DNA from: Candidatus Latescibacterota bacterium
GTDB taxonomy: Bacteria; Latescibacterota; UBA2968; UBA8231
DNA: 64,000 bases
Assembly: GCA_965248355.1 (NCBI GenBank)
Contig: OZ252098.1
Coordinates: 3,136,001 to 3,200,000 of the forward strand
Direction: 5' to 3'
Part shown: positions 1-8,566 of the stretch, one piece after another
Numbering within the stretch: the first letter of the stretch is position 1
Layout: each line of letters opens with the position of its first letter
Program-made: the position numbers and the translations under genes
Notes under the pieces: generated by a model
Database searches by the model: none
Told to the model about the DNA's origin: nothing
Seen by the model: the letters and a program-made list of their open reading frames with translations, nothing else

Positions 1-120
1 GTATCCTGCTGCTCCTGGGCCTTCGACGCTCCGGTGAACGAGACCTTGGTCCGGCGGGCCGAGATCGGACTGGCCGCCGTCGACCTGCGTCCCTCCACCC
101 TGCGCGCCGAGGCCGGGCCT
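1..120 (+). pseudogene. Truncated, diverged 5' fragment of a sugar phosphate isomerase/epimerase (paralog of 1190..1975)
   Basis: Frame 1 reads VSCCSWAFDAPVNETLVRRAEIGLAAVDLRPSTL versus ISCCTWALEGPVTESMVRLAEIGLGAVDVRPSTL in 1190..1975. Similarity ends near 110-120 and the frame stops at 211-213. Confidence 0.75.
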
Positions 121-153
121 CTGAGCTGCAATCCTTCTCTGAGCTGCAATCCT
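119..153. repeat. 17-bp direct tandem repeat CTCTGAGCTGCAATCCT x2
   Basis: Copies at 119-135 and 137-153, where the paralog fragment breaks off. Confidence 0.9.
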
Positions 154-187
154 AGGGACACCTTCTCTCGCGAGCGGGAATGGCAAG

Positions 188-1045
188 ATGACAACCCTCT
201 ATCAAAAGAGTGACCATCAGTTGGAGCGCCTGCGTGACAGGCTGACCATGCCCGCGGAGTCGAACAGAAACAGCTCCGACACGATAGAGGCCGAGGCGGC
301 CGAAGTCGTCGAGAACGAACGTCGATCGATGTCGGAGCTTGCCCCGCCGGCCTCTCGTTCGGGAGCCCAGTTGATTACAGAGACGCGGCGTTTGGTCACG
401 GAGGAACTAGCCAACCGCGTGGATGATCAGAGACTGGCAGCGGTCCTCCAACGGAAGATAGACGCGGAGTACAAAAAGCCACCGAAGAAACGTGCGGCTA
501 TCGTCAGTCCTTACCATGTCTCGACTTGGCCCGGCGATGCCAAGGTCTGGATGGAAGTCGCGGTGGGGCTTGATCAAGCCAGTCGGGCACCCGACTCAAG
601 CCTACGTGACCACTGCAAAAGCAATGTCGCGCATGTGGCCACTGGATTTGCATTCGAGCTGGCATATAAATGTCTGCTTGTGGGGGAGTTCGAGCCATTC
701 GTGCAGACGCACAGTTGCCAACTCCTTCACGACCGTCTTGCTCCCGACACGCAAGCGCGGCTGGAGACAATTATGGCGGAGCAAGGCTGGTCACGCGCAA
801 CCGCATGCGTCAAGTATCTGGACGAGCGAATGAGCAACAAAGACCGCAAGTACTGGATGGTGACTCCCGACCGGACCAGGGAGACGGGACGCTCCAAAGG
901 AACAGGATTCATTGTTGCAGACAGCCCGATGGCGATCGGTCGACTCGGTCAAGTCTTGCTTGGTATACTGCCGCTCGTGACATGCAAGTTGAGTCAAGCT
1001 CGACGAGCTTGGGACTACCGGCATCGGTCACAGGATGTAGAGTGA
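188..1045 (+). CDS. Hypothetical protein with HEPN-like C-terminal region
   Basis: 285-aa ORF, visibly lower GC than flanks. ATGFAFELAYKCLL...FVQTHSCQLLHDRL resembles the HEPN E..LKA.L....H.L..L pattern. Confidence 0.55.
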   Translation: MTTLYQKSDHQLERLRDRLTMPAESNRNSSDTIEAEAAEVVENERRSMSELAPPASRSGAQLITETRRLVTEELANRVDDQRLAAVLQRKIDAEYKKPPKKRAAIVSPYHVSTWPGDAKVWMEVAVGLDQASRAPDSSLRDHCKSNVAHVATGFAFELAYKCLLVGEFEPFVQTHSCQLLHDRLAPDTQARLETIMAEQGWSRATACVKYLDERMSNKDRKYWMVTPDRTRETGRSKGTGFIVADSPMAIGRLGQVLLGILPLVTCKLSQARRAWDYRHRSQDVE

Positions 1046-1189
1046 TGGCAATTGCCAGACACTCGCCCCTGCTTGGGTTTGAGGTCGCGCGGCCTGGATC
1101 GGCCCGTGCCAAGCCCCACCGCCGCTTGCCCCCCCGGGGGCGAGGGCTCTATCTACGGGGCCCACCCACTTGCCGGCGGTTGATAGCGG

Positions 1190-1975
1190 ATGAAGAAGGA
1201 CGGCACGATCTCCTGCTGCACCTGGGCCCTCGAAGGGCCCGTGACCGAGTCCATGGTCCGGCTGGCGGAGATCGGCCTGGGCGCCGTCGACGTGCGGCCG
1301 TCCACCCTGGGCGGCGCCGAGGCCCGGGCCCTGGTGCGGAACCTCGGGCTGGAGGTCGGCTGCGTGGCCCTGTCCCACGAGATGCCTGAAGGGGCGGCCC
1401 TCGACTCGGTGGAAGCCGGGACCGTGGAGGCCGCCATGGCGCACCTGCTGGGGGGCCTGGACCAGGCGGTCACGCTGGGCGCCTCTCATGCCTATGTGGT
1501 GCCTGAGGCGCCACTGGACGGGGACTCCCTGACCCGCTACGCCGAGGTCCTGCCCGGCCTCGCCGACTACGCCCGCGCCGCCGGCGCCGGCCTCTGCATC
1601 GAGCACTTTCCCGGCACCGCCCTCCCCACCGTGGCCGCGACCCTGGACTTCCTGGAGGGCCTCGGTCACGACAACCTCTACCTGCTCTTCGACATCGGCC
1701 ACGCCCAGATGTCGGGCGAGGATCCGGCCGAGATCCTGCCGGCGGCAGGACCGCGTCTCGGCTACGTCCATCTCGACGACAACGACGGCGCCGGCGACCT
1801 GCACCTGGCCCTGACCGACGGCGTGCAGACCCGCGAGTCCCTGGCCTCGCTCTTCGAGACCCTGGAGGAGATCGGCTATGACGGTCCCGTGAGCCTGGAG
1901 ATGAACAGCAACCTGCCCGACGTGCCCGGCGCCATCCGGCGCAGCTTCGACCTCGTCGCCGGTCTGCGCTCCTGA
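1190..1975 (+). CDS. Sugar phosphate isomerase/epimerase (AP endonuclease 2 / xylose-isomerase-like TIM barrel)
   Basis: Metal ligand motifs CIEHFP, LFDIGHAQ, YVHLDDN, VSLEM. Confidence 0.85.
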   Translation: MKKDGTISCCTWALEGPVTESMVRLAEIGLGAVDVRPSTLGGAEARALVRNLGLEVGCVALSHEMPEGAALDSVEAGTVEAAMAHLLGGLDQAVTLGASHAYVVPEAPLDGDSLTRYAEVLPGLADYARAAGAGLCIEHFPGTALPTVAATLDFLEGLGHDNLYLLFDIGHAQMSGEDPAEILPAAGPRLGYVHLDDNDGAGDLHLALTDGVQTRESLASLFETLEEIGYDGPVSLEMNSNLPDVPGAIRRSFDLVAGLRS

Positions 1976-3309
1976 TGCGGCTCAGCGAACGCCACCAGCG
2001 CCTCCTGAAGCGCACCTTCCTCGACTACCAGCACCACGACGCCTTCGCCGAGAACCCCCTGATCGTGTCCCGGGCCGAGGGCCTGCACTACTGGGACGTG
2101 GAGGGCCGGCGCTACTTCGACGGCATCGCCGGGGTCTACGCCGCCACCCTCGGCCACGGGCACCCGCGCGTCGTCGAGGCGGTCACGCGGCAGCTCGAGC
2201 GGCTCCCCTTCGCCCCGCCCATGCACGGCACCGCCGACATCACCCTCGACTTCGTCGAGCGCATGGGCTCGGTGACCCCCGGGAGCCTCGACTTCGTCAA
2301 GTCCTTCTCCGGGGGCTCCGAGTCGATGGAGGCGGCCTTCAAGTTCGCCCGCCAGTACTTCCGCCAGACCGGCCGCCCCGGGAAGTACAAGTTCATCAGC
2401 CGCTACCACGGCTATCACGGCGCCACCATGGGGGCCATGGCCGCCAGCGGCACCGGCCCCCGCAAGTCGCCCTTCGAGCCGGGCCCCGCCGGCTTCCTCA
2501 AGGTCTTCCCGCCCACCCACTACCGCGGCCAGTTCGACAGCTGGGAGGAGTGCAACCGCTTCGCCGCGCGCCAGGTGGAGGACGTCATCGTCCACGAGGA
2601 CCCGGAGACGGTGGCCGGGGTGATCCTCGAGCCGGTGAGCAACACCGGGGGCGTGATCACGCCGACGCGGGAGTACTTCCAGATCCTGCGCCAGACCTGC
2701 GACCGTCATGACGTGCTGCTCATCTTCGACGAGATCATCACCGCCTGCGGGCGCACGGGATCGATGTTCGCCGCCCAGACCTACGGCGTCACGCCCGACA
2801 TCATCTGCGGCGGCAAGGGTCTGTCGAGCGGCGCCGTTCCCCTCGGGGCCATGATGGCCCGCCTGGACATGGCCGACGCCTTCCAGAGGCCCGGGTCCGC
2901 CAACTTCGCCCACGGCCACACCTACGCCGGCCATCCCGTGGCCTGCGCCGCGGGCATCGCCGTCATCGACGAGATCGTCGAGCAGGGGCTGGACCGCCGC
3001 GCCGGGGAGCTGGGGGACCGCCTGGCGGCCGGGCTGGAGGGGCTCCGGCGGCACGGGGTCGTGCGCGAGGTGCGGGGCAAGGGTCTGCTGCGGGGCGTGG
3101 AGCTGGTGCGGGAGGAGGGCTCGGCCGAACCGTTCCCGGAGCTCGGCGCCGCGCTCAAGAGGACGGCCCTGGCCAACGGCCTGATCCTGCGCGTGGATCC
3201 GTCCTGGTTCGCCCTGGGGCCGGCCCTGACCATCGACGAGGCCGGGGTGGACGAGCTGTGCGACCTGGTCGACCGCAGCCTGGCCGACGCTCTCGCCGGC
3301 CTGCGTTGA
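1975..3309 (+). CDS. Aminotransferase class III (PLP-dependent)
   Basis: SGGSES, YHGATMG, ILEP, FDEIITACGRTG, GKGLSSG (PLP lysine), HGHTYAGHP, RGKGLL. TGATG coupling to the upstream gene. Confidence 0.92.
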   Translation: MRLSERHQRLLKRTFLDYQHHDAFAENPLIVSRAEGLHYWDVEGRRYFDGIAGVYAATLGHGHPRVVEAVTRQLERLPFAPPMHGTADITLDFVERMGSVTPGSLDFVKSFSGGSESMEAAFKFARQYFRQTGRPGKYKFISRYHGYHGATMGAMAASGTGPRKSPFEPGPAGFLKVFPPTHYRGQFDSWEECNRFAARQVEDVIVHEDPETVAGVILEPVSNTGGVITPTREYFQILRQTCDRHDVLLIFDEIITACGRTGSMFAAQTYGVTPDIICGGKGLSSGAVPLGAMMARLDMADAFQRPGSANFAHGHTYAGHPVACAAGIAVIDEIVEQGLDRRAGELGDRLAAGLEGLRRHGVVREVRGKGLLRGVELVREEGSAEPFPELGAALKRTALANGLILRVDPSWFALGPALTIDEAGVDELCDLVDRSLADALAGLR

Positions 3310-3321
3310 CGGCCAACAGAG

Positions 3322-4176
3322 TTGGCGGCCCTCTACCTGATCGACGGCAGCTTCGAGCTGTTCCGCTGCTACTACGGGTCGCCGCGGGCCCGCCTCGACG
3401 ACGGCCGCGAGGTAGGCGCCGTGCGGGGCTTGTTCCAGACCCTGGCCTCGCTGCTGCGCGAGGAGGACCTGGCCTACACGGCCATGGCCTTCGACGACGT
3501 GGACGCCCTGCAGGCCCGGGAGCCCGGGGACACGGAGAACATCCACGCCCAGTACCCCCTCGCCGTCGAGACCGGGCAGGCCCTCGGCATCGATACCTGG
3601 GTCATGTCCGGGTACTCGGCCGACGACGCCATCGCCTCGGCGGCCCACCACTTCGGCCCGGCGCCGGAGCTGAGCCGCATCGTCATCTGCTCCACCGACA
3701 ACGACTTCGCCCAGTGCGTCCGCGGCGAGCGCGTGATCCTGCTGGACCGCATCCGCAAGGTGCGCGCCGGCGAGGCGGAGGTGGCGGCGAAGTTCGGGGT
3801 CCCGCCGCGGCGCATCCCCGAGTACCTGGCCCTGGTGGGGGACAAGTCCGACGGCATCCCGGGGATTCCGGGGTTCGGGCCGCGCTCGGCGGCGGCCGTC
3901 ATCCGGCGCTTCGGCGCCATGGAGGAGATCCCGATGGACGCGGCCGAGTGGGACGTTGAGGTGCGCGGCCGGAAGCGGCTGGCCGCCACCTTCCGGGAGC
4001 GCCGGGCCGAGGCGATCGGCTACCGGGACGCCTCGATCAAGCGCCTCGACGCGCCCCTGCCCGGCTCCCTGGAGGAGCTGCGCTACCACGGCGCCCACCG
4101 CCCCGGCGTCGAGGCCCTGGCCGCCGCCGTCGAGGCCCCCGGCCTGCTGCACCGGACCGTGCGCTATCTCGACTGA
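3322..4176 (+). CDS. Stand-alone 5'-3' exonuclease / flap endonuclease (Pol I N-terminal-like)
   Basis: LIDGS, SADDAIAS, STDNDFAQ, LALVGDKSDGIPGIPGFGPRSA (H3TH motif). Confidence 0.9.
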   Translation: MAALYLIDGSFELFRCYYGSPRARLDDGREVGAVRGLFQTLASLLREEDLAYTAMAFDDVDALQAREPGDTENIHAQYPLAVETGQALGIDTWVMSGYSADDAIASAAHHFGPAPELSRIVICSTDNDFAQCVRGERVILLDRIRKVRAGEAEVAAKFGVPPRRIPEYLALVGDKSDGIPGIPGFGPRSAAAVIRRFGAMEEIPMDAAEWDVEVRGRKRLAATFRERRAEAIGYRDASIKRLDAPLPGSLEELRYHGAHRPGVEALAAAVEAPGLLHRTVRYLD

Positions 4177-4194
4177 GCGCGGGTCCGGCGTCTT

Positions 4195-4662
4195 TCAGTC
4201 GTAGATCCCGAGCAGCTCCACCTCGAAGACCAGCACCGCGCAGGGAGGGATGGTGCCCCTCGAGCCCTTGCCCCCGTACGCGAGTCCGGGCGGGATGGTC
4301 AGCTTCGCCTTGCCGCCGCCGCGCAGCCGCTGCAGCCCTTCCGTCCAGCCGGGGATCACTTCCGACAGCTTGAACTCCTCCGGCCAGCCGCGCGCGTACG
4401 AGCTGTCGAAGACGGTGCCGTCCGGCAGCCGCCCCTCGTAGTGGACCTGCACCCGGTTGCCGGCCTTCGGCTGCGGTCCGTACCCGGCCTCCAGCTCGCG
4501 GTAGACGAGGCCCGACTCGGTGCGCACCGCCCCCTCCTCGGCGGCGGCGGCGTCGAGGACCTCCCGGTTCTCCGGAGTGTCGCAGGGATCGCCGCAGGCG
4601 CCGGCGAGCAGGGCCGCCAGGGCCAGGGCGGGCAGCGGCAGGAGACGGGTCGGCATGAACAT
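4195..4662 (-). CDS. FKBP-type peptidyl-prolyl cis-trans isomerase, probable lipoprotein
   Basis: TESGLVY, VQVHYEGRLPDGTVFDSS, VIPGWTEGL, IPPGLAYG, LVFEVELL. LAGAC lipobox. Confidence 0.95.
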   Translation of the reverse strand: MFMPTRLLPLPALALAALLAGACGDPCDTPENREVLDAAAAEEGAVRTESGLVYRELEAGYGPQPKAGNRVQVHYEGRLPDGTVFDSSYARGWPEEFKLSEVIPGWTEGLQRLRGGGKAKLTIPPGLAYGGKGSRGTIPPCAVLVFEVELLGIYD

Positions 4663-4738
4663 GGGGGATCACCTCCCGGTTGGGCTGTGACGATGGGGAC
4701 CTCGGCGACCGGCGGGGCAGAGAGGACGCTCTCCTCAG

Positions 4739-5773
4739 TCAGCCGAGGACGCTGCGCAGGGTGAGGGCGAAGTCATCCACGTCCTCCTCGGTGGTGTCCC
4801 ACGAGGCCATCCAGCGCACCTCGCCGGACTCCTCGTCCCAGACGGCGAACCGCGCCAGGCGCCGCAGGGCCTCCAGCCGGTCGAGGGGCACGAGGGCGAA
4901 GACGGCGCTGGCCTGCGTCGGCCGCGAGATGCGCAGGCCGGGGATGTCGCGGACGGCGTCGTGCAGGCGCCGGGCCATGGCGTTGGCGTGGGCGGCGATG
5001 CGCAGCCACAGGTCGTCCTCCAGCAGGGCGAGGAACTGGGCGCTGAGGAAGCGCATCTTCGAGGCCAGCTGCAGCCCCTGCTTGTGGACGTAGGCCAGGC
5101 GGTCGGCCAGGGACGGGTCGAAGTAGACGACGGCCTCGCCGATCATGAGACCGCACTTGGTGCCCCCGAAGCTGAGCAGGTCGACGCCGGCGCCGGCCGT
5201 GATCTCGCGCAGGCTCACGCCCAGGGCGGCGGCGGCGTTGGCCAGGCGAGCCCCGTCCATGTGCAGCAGCCAGCCGCGCTCGTGGACGGCGTCGGCCAGG
5301 GCCCGCACCTCGCCGGGGGTGTAGACGGTGCCCAGCTCGGTGGCCTGCGTGATCGACAGCAGGCGCGGCTTCGACTGGTGCGGCTCGCCGTGGCCCGCGG
5401 GCACCTGCTCCAGGCAGGACGGGTCGAGCTTGCCGTCCACCGAATCCACCACCAGCACGCGGCAGCCGGCGAAGCGCTCGATGGCGCCGCACTCGTCGAT
5501 GTGGATGTGGGAAGTGCGGGCGCTGACCACGGCCTGGTAGGCCTCGACGGCCCCGGCGGCGGCCACGACGTTGGCGGCGGTTCCGTTGAACACGAGGTGG
5601 GTCACCGTCTCCGGGCCGAAGACCTCCCGGAACCGGTCGCGCACGGCGGCGGTGAGGGGATCGCTGCCGTACGAGGGGACGTGCCCCCGGTTGGCGGCGG
5701 CGATGGCCTCGAAGATGCGCGGGTGGATGCCGGCCTCGTTGTCGCTGCAGAACTGCCGCTTGTCGTCGGTCAT
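4739..5773 (-). CDS. Low-specificity L-threonine aldolase family
   Basis: FCSDNEAGIHP, NGTAAN, HIHIDECGA, TELGTVY, HMDGARLANA, SFGGTK. Start taken at MTDDK. Confidence 0.9.
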   Translation of the reverse strand: MTDDKRQFCSDNEAGIHPRIFEAIAAANRGHVPSYGSDPLTAAVRDRFREVFGPETVTHLVFNGTAANVVAAAGAVEAYQAVVSARTSHIHIDECGAIERFAGCRVLVVDSVDGKLDPSCLEQVPAGHGEPHQSKPRLLSITQATELGTVYTPGEVRALADAVHERGWLLHMDGARLANAAAALGVSLREITAGAGVDLLSFGGTKCGLMIGEAVVYFDPSLADRLAYVHKQGLQLASKMRFLSAQFLALLEDDLWLRIAAHANAMARRLHDAVRDIPGLRISRPTQASAVFALVPLDRLEALRRLARFAVWDEESGEVRWMASWDTTEEDVDDFALTLRSVLG

Positions 5774-5859
5774 GGGGCACATGTTCCTCAACCGGATGGC
5801 GCCGCGCAAGAGGCGAGTACCCGCCGGAGGGCGCCGCTCCGGCCGCTGTCCGCAAGGGC

Positions 5860-5875
5860 TGGCACGGCCGTTGCA
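5860..5875 (+). promoter_or_regulatory. Sigma-54 (RpoN) -24/-12 promoter
   Basis: TGGCACGGCCGTTGCA is an exact match to TGGCACG-N4-TTGCW, in an intergenic region facing the downstream small ORFs. Confidence 0.75.
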
Positions 5876-6079
5876 TGATCCACGTCCGAAGGAGCCGCGT
5901 CAGGCGGAGGGAGCCACGGCCGGCTCGAAGCCGCGCAAAGATTGCCATGGCCCCCATCGGGTTACGGCAGAAATTGCACCGCAGAGCCTCCGTGAACCGC
6001 CGCCCGCACCGGCGATCGGCTTCGCTGTCAAATTCACCGGCGGCCCTCGGGCCGCCACAGACGCAAGGAGCGTTGGAAG

Positions 6080-6172
6080 ATGCGACGGGAGCTTGTGAAT
6101 CAGGCCCTGGTGTACGGTTTGGTCGGCTTTCTCGTCATCCTCGTCTTCCCCGTCTTCGGCCGCCTCTCCTGA
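6080..6172 (+). CDS. 30-aa small membrane protein (MRRELVNQALVYGLVGFLVILVFPVFGRLS), absent from the ORF track
   Basis: AAGGAG SD 9 nt before ATG, with one hydrophobic stretch flanked by Arg residues. Confidence 0.55.
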   Translation: MRRELVNQALVYGLVGFLVILVFPVFGRLS

Positions 6173-6248
6173 GGCGCCCGGCCGGGGAGTGGAGGGTGGC
6201 GGAAGAGCCGCCGTCGAAAGCGCACACGCAGACTCGAAGGAGAGCGAC

Positions 6249-6392
6249 ATGCATTTCAGCCATTCGGGCATCCGCCCCTCTCGGCGCGTCGCCGAGAGCG
6301 TGCAGCGCGTGCTCTGGTGGATGCTCGCCCTGACGGCGGCGTATTCCGTGGCCAGCGATCCCGGAATCCTGCTGGCCGTCGTCACCAACTGA
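6249..6392 (+). CDS. 47-aa small membrane protein (MHFSHSG...LWWMLALTAAYSVASDPGILLAVVTN)
   Basis: AAGGAG SD before ATG 6249, hydrophobic C-terminal half, stop 19 nt before the next gene. Confidence 0.55.
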   Translation: MHFSHSGIRPSRRVAESVQRVLWWMLALTAAYSVASDPGILLAVVTN

Positions 6393-6411
6393 CCGCCGGC
6401 AGGAGCCCCCG

Positions 6412-7425
6412 GTGAACGATACCCGGATCGAGGAGCTGCTCGACGCCGTGCCCGCCCTGGCGGTGCTGGCCGGGCTGCGCCTCGATCTGTTCAGCCACGT
6501 GGCCAGCACGCCGAGGACCGCCGCCGAGCTGGCCGGCCGGGTGGGGGGAGACGAGCGCCGCCTGGAGGCCCTCCTCCACGCGCTGGCCGCCCTCGACCTG
6601 CTCGAGGTGAGGACCGCCGCCGGCGGAGGGCCTCCGCGGTTCCTCTGCCGGCCGGCGGCGGCCCGCCGGCTGGTCTCCGGCGGCGAGGACTACGCCGGCC
6701 ACGGCAGCGAGCTGGCCGCCCGCCTGTGGACCGCCGGCCTCACCGTGGCCGATTCCATCCGAAGGGGCGCGGCCACGGCGCCCGGCACCGCCGGCGGGGA
6801 CTCCGACGAGGAGACCGGCGCATTCCTGCGGGCCCTGCATCCCGGGGCCGTCAGGACCGGCCGGGAGATGGCCCGCCGCGGCTGGTTCGCCGGCTGCCGC
6901 CGCATCGTCGACGCCGGCGGCGGCTCCGGCGGTGTGGCCGCGGCCCTGCACCGGGACCTGCCCGAAGTCGAGGTCTCCGTGGTCGAGCGCGAGTCGGCGG
7001 CTCCCTGGACGCGGCGCTTCCTCGAGGAGGAGGGCGCCTCGGCCGTCCGTGTGGTCGTGGGGGACTTGGTGGACGCCGGCGCCGGTCTGGAGGACCAGCT
7101 CGACCTGCCCTGCGACGGGGTGGTCTGCCTGTCCGTCTTGCAGGTCTTGGCACCGGAGGAAGCGGCGCGGGTAGTGGCCCGGATCGCCGGCTGGCTGCAG
7201 CCGGGAGGCCGTCTCGTGATCGCCGGCATGGGGGTGCTGGCCGACGACCGGCTCTCCCCCCGCGACTCGGCGGTCCACAACATCCTGCTCGGGGCCCTCT
7301 ACGAGAGCGGCCGCGGCTACACCCTCTCCGAGTACACGCGCTGGCTCGAGGCCGCCGGCTGCACCGCCGTCGAGTGGGACGAGCTGGCCGACGGCCGCGG
7401 CGCCATCCGCGCCGTCAGAACATGA
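6412..7425 (+). CDS. SAM-dependent O-methyltransferase (COMT/ASMT-like, N-terminal dimerisation domain)
   Basis: N-terminal LRLDLF...TAAELA...LLHALAALDLL wHTH, IVDAGGGSG motif I, VVGDL, LQPGGRLVI. GGAG SD. Confidence 0.88.
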   Translation: MNDTRIEELLDAVPALAVLAGLRLDLFSHVASTPRTAAELAGRVGGDERRLEALLHALAALDLLEVRTAAGGGPPRFLCRPAAARRLVSGGEDYAGHGSELAARLWTAGLTVADSIRRGAATAPGTAGGDSDEETGAFLRALHPGAVRTGREMARRGWFAGCRRIVDAGGGSGGVAAALHRDLPEVEVSVVERESAAPWTRRFLEEEGASAVRVVVGDLVDAGAGLEDQLDLPCDGVVCLSVLQVLAPEEAARVVARIAGWLQPGGRLVIAGMGVLADDRLSPRDSAVHNILLGALYESGRGYTLSEYTRWLEAAGCTAVEWDELADGRGAIRAVRT

Positions 7426-8473
7426 AGCTGGTGTTGCGGTAGTCCTCGGGCAGGTCGGGGATGCCGTCGCCGAACCCGATCCGCCGACCCAGCTCGCAGC
7501 TGCGGTAGAAGGCCAGGCCCAGACCCACGTTCTCCAGGCCGTTGGGCCCCGAGTTCTCCGGCTCCTCCACCTCGCCGTGGACCGCGGCCAGCAGATCGGC
7601 CAGCTCCAGGACGTAGGCGTTCTCCCCGTCCTCGGGCGGCACCTCCTCGGGCTCGTCGGCGCCGGACCGGAAGAGCCGCACGGGCCCGCCCCAGACGTCG
7701 AACCGCAGCCCGCCCTCGGTGCCGCCGATCCAGTGCCCCCGCGCCGGCAGGCCCACGGTGGAGCCGGTGCGGGCCGTGACCAGCGCCCCCGACTCGAATC
7801 GCACCAGGCCGAGCACGATCTGCGGGCTCATCCAGTCGCCGTGGGGCTGGTTGCCGGCGATGTCGGCGCTCACCGCCGCCACGGGCCCGAAGACGGCGCG
7901 GGAGCAGTCCAGCTCGTGGATGAAGGACTCCAGCACCCGGCCCCCGGAGTCGGCGGGGCTCTCCCGCCAGTGCCCGGTCCGGGGGGCGGCCTCCTCGACG
8001 GAGCGCTTCGGGGACTTGCCCATGCGGTCGAAGCTGCCCGTCACGGGAGTGCCGATGGCGCCCTCGGCCACCAGGCGGCGGACGGTGCGGAAGGTGCCGA
8101 AGAAGCGGATCGTGTGGCCGATGGCCAGCTTCACGCCGGCCCGCTCGCAGGCCTCGGTCATGCGCCGGCAGGACCCCAGGTCCAGGGCCATGGGCTTCTC
8201 GCAGAGCACGTGCTTGCCGGCCTCCGCCGCGCGCGCCACCAGCTCCGGATGGCTCGGCGTGGGGGTGCCGATGACGACCACGTCCACGTCGGAAGCCAGC
8301 AGGTCCTCGAGGCGGGTCACGGCCCGCGCCCCGGCCTCCTCGGCGCGTGTCCGGGCCGCCTCCGGGTCCAGGTCGAAGGTGAGGGTCAGGTCGCAGTCCG
8401 GATGCTCGCCCACGGCCTTGACCCAGGCGCGGGCGATGTTGCCGCAGCCGATCAGCCCGATGCGGTGTCTCAT
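7415..8473 (-). CDS. Gfo/Idh/MocA family oxidoreductase
   Basis: MRHRIGLIGCGNIA, GTPTPSH, KHVLCEKPMA, IHELD. True start at 8473, inside the long track ORF 7415..10633. Confidence 0.92.
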   Translation of the reverse strand: MRHRIGLIGCGNIARAWVKAVGEHPDCDLTLTFDLDPEAARTRAEEAGARAVTRLEDLLASDVDVVVIGTPTPSHPELVARAAEAGKHVLCEKPMALDLGSCRRMTEACERAGVKLAIGHTIRFFGTFRTVRRLVAEGAIGTPVTGSFDRMGKSPKRSVEEAAPRTGHWRESPADSGGRVLESFIHELDCSRAVFGPVAAVSADIAGNQPHGDWMSPQIVLGLVRFESGALVTARTGSTVGLPARGHWIGGTEGGLRFDVWGGPVRLFRSGADEPEEVPPEDGENAYVLELADLLAAVHGEVEEPENSGPNGLENVGLGLAFYRSCELGRRIGFGDGIPDLPEDYRNTSFMF

Positions 8474-8566
8474 CTGTGTGATCCCGTCGTGATTGACTAT
8501 CGTTGTCGCGTGGCGAACGAGTCTATCCCATACCCGCCGCCGGTTCCACCCCGCCGGTAGATCCCC

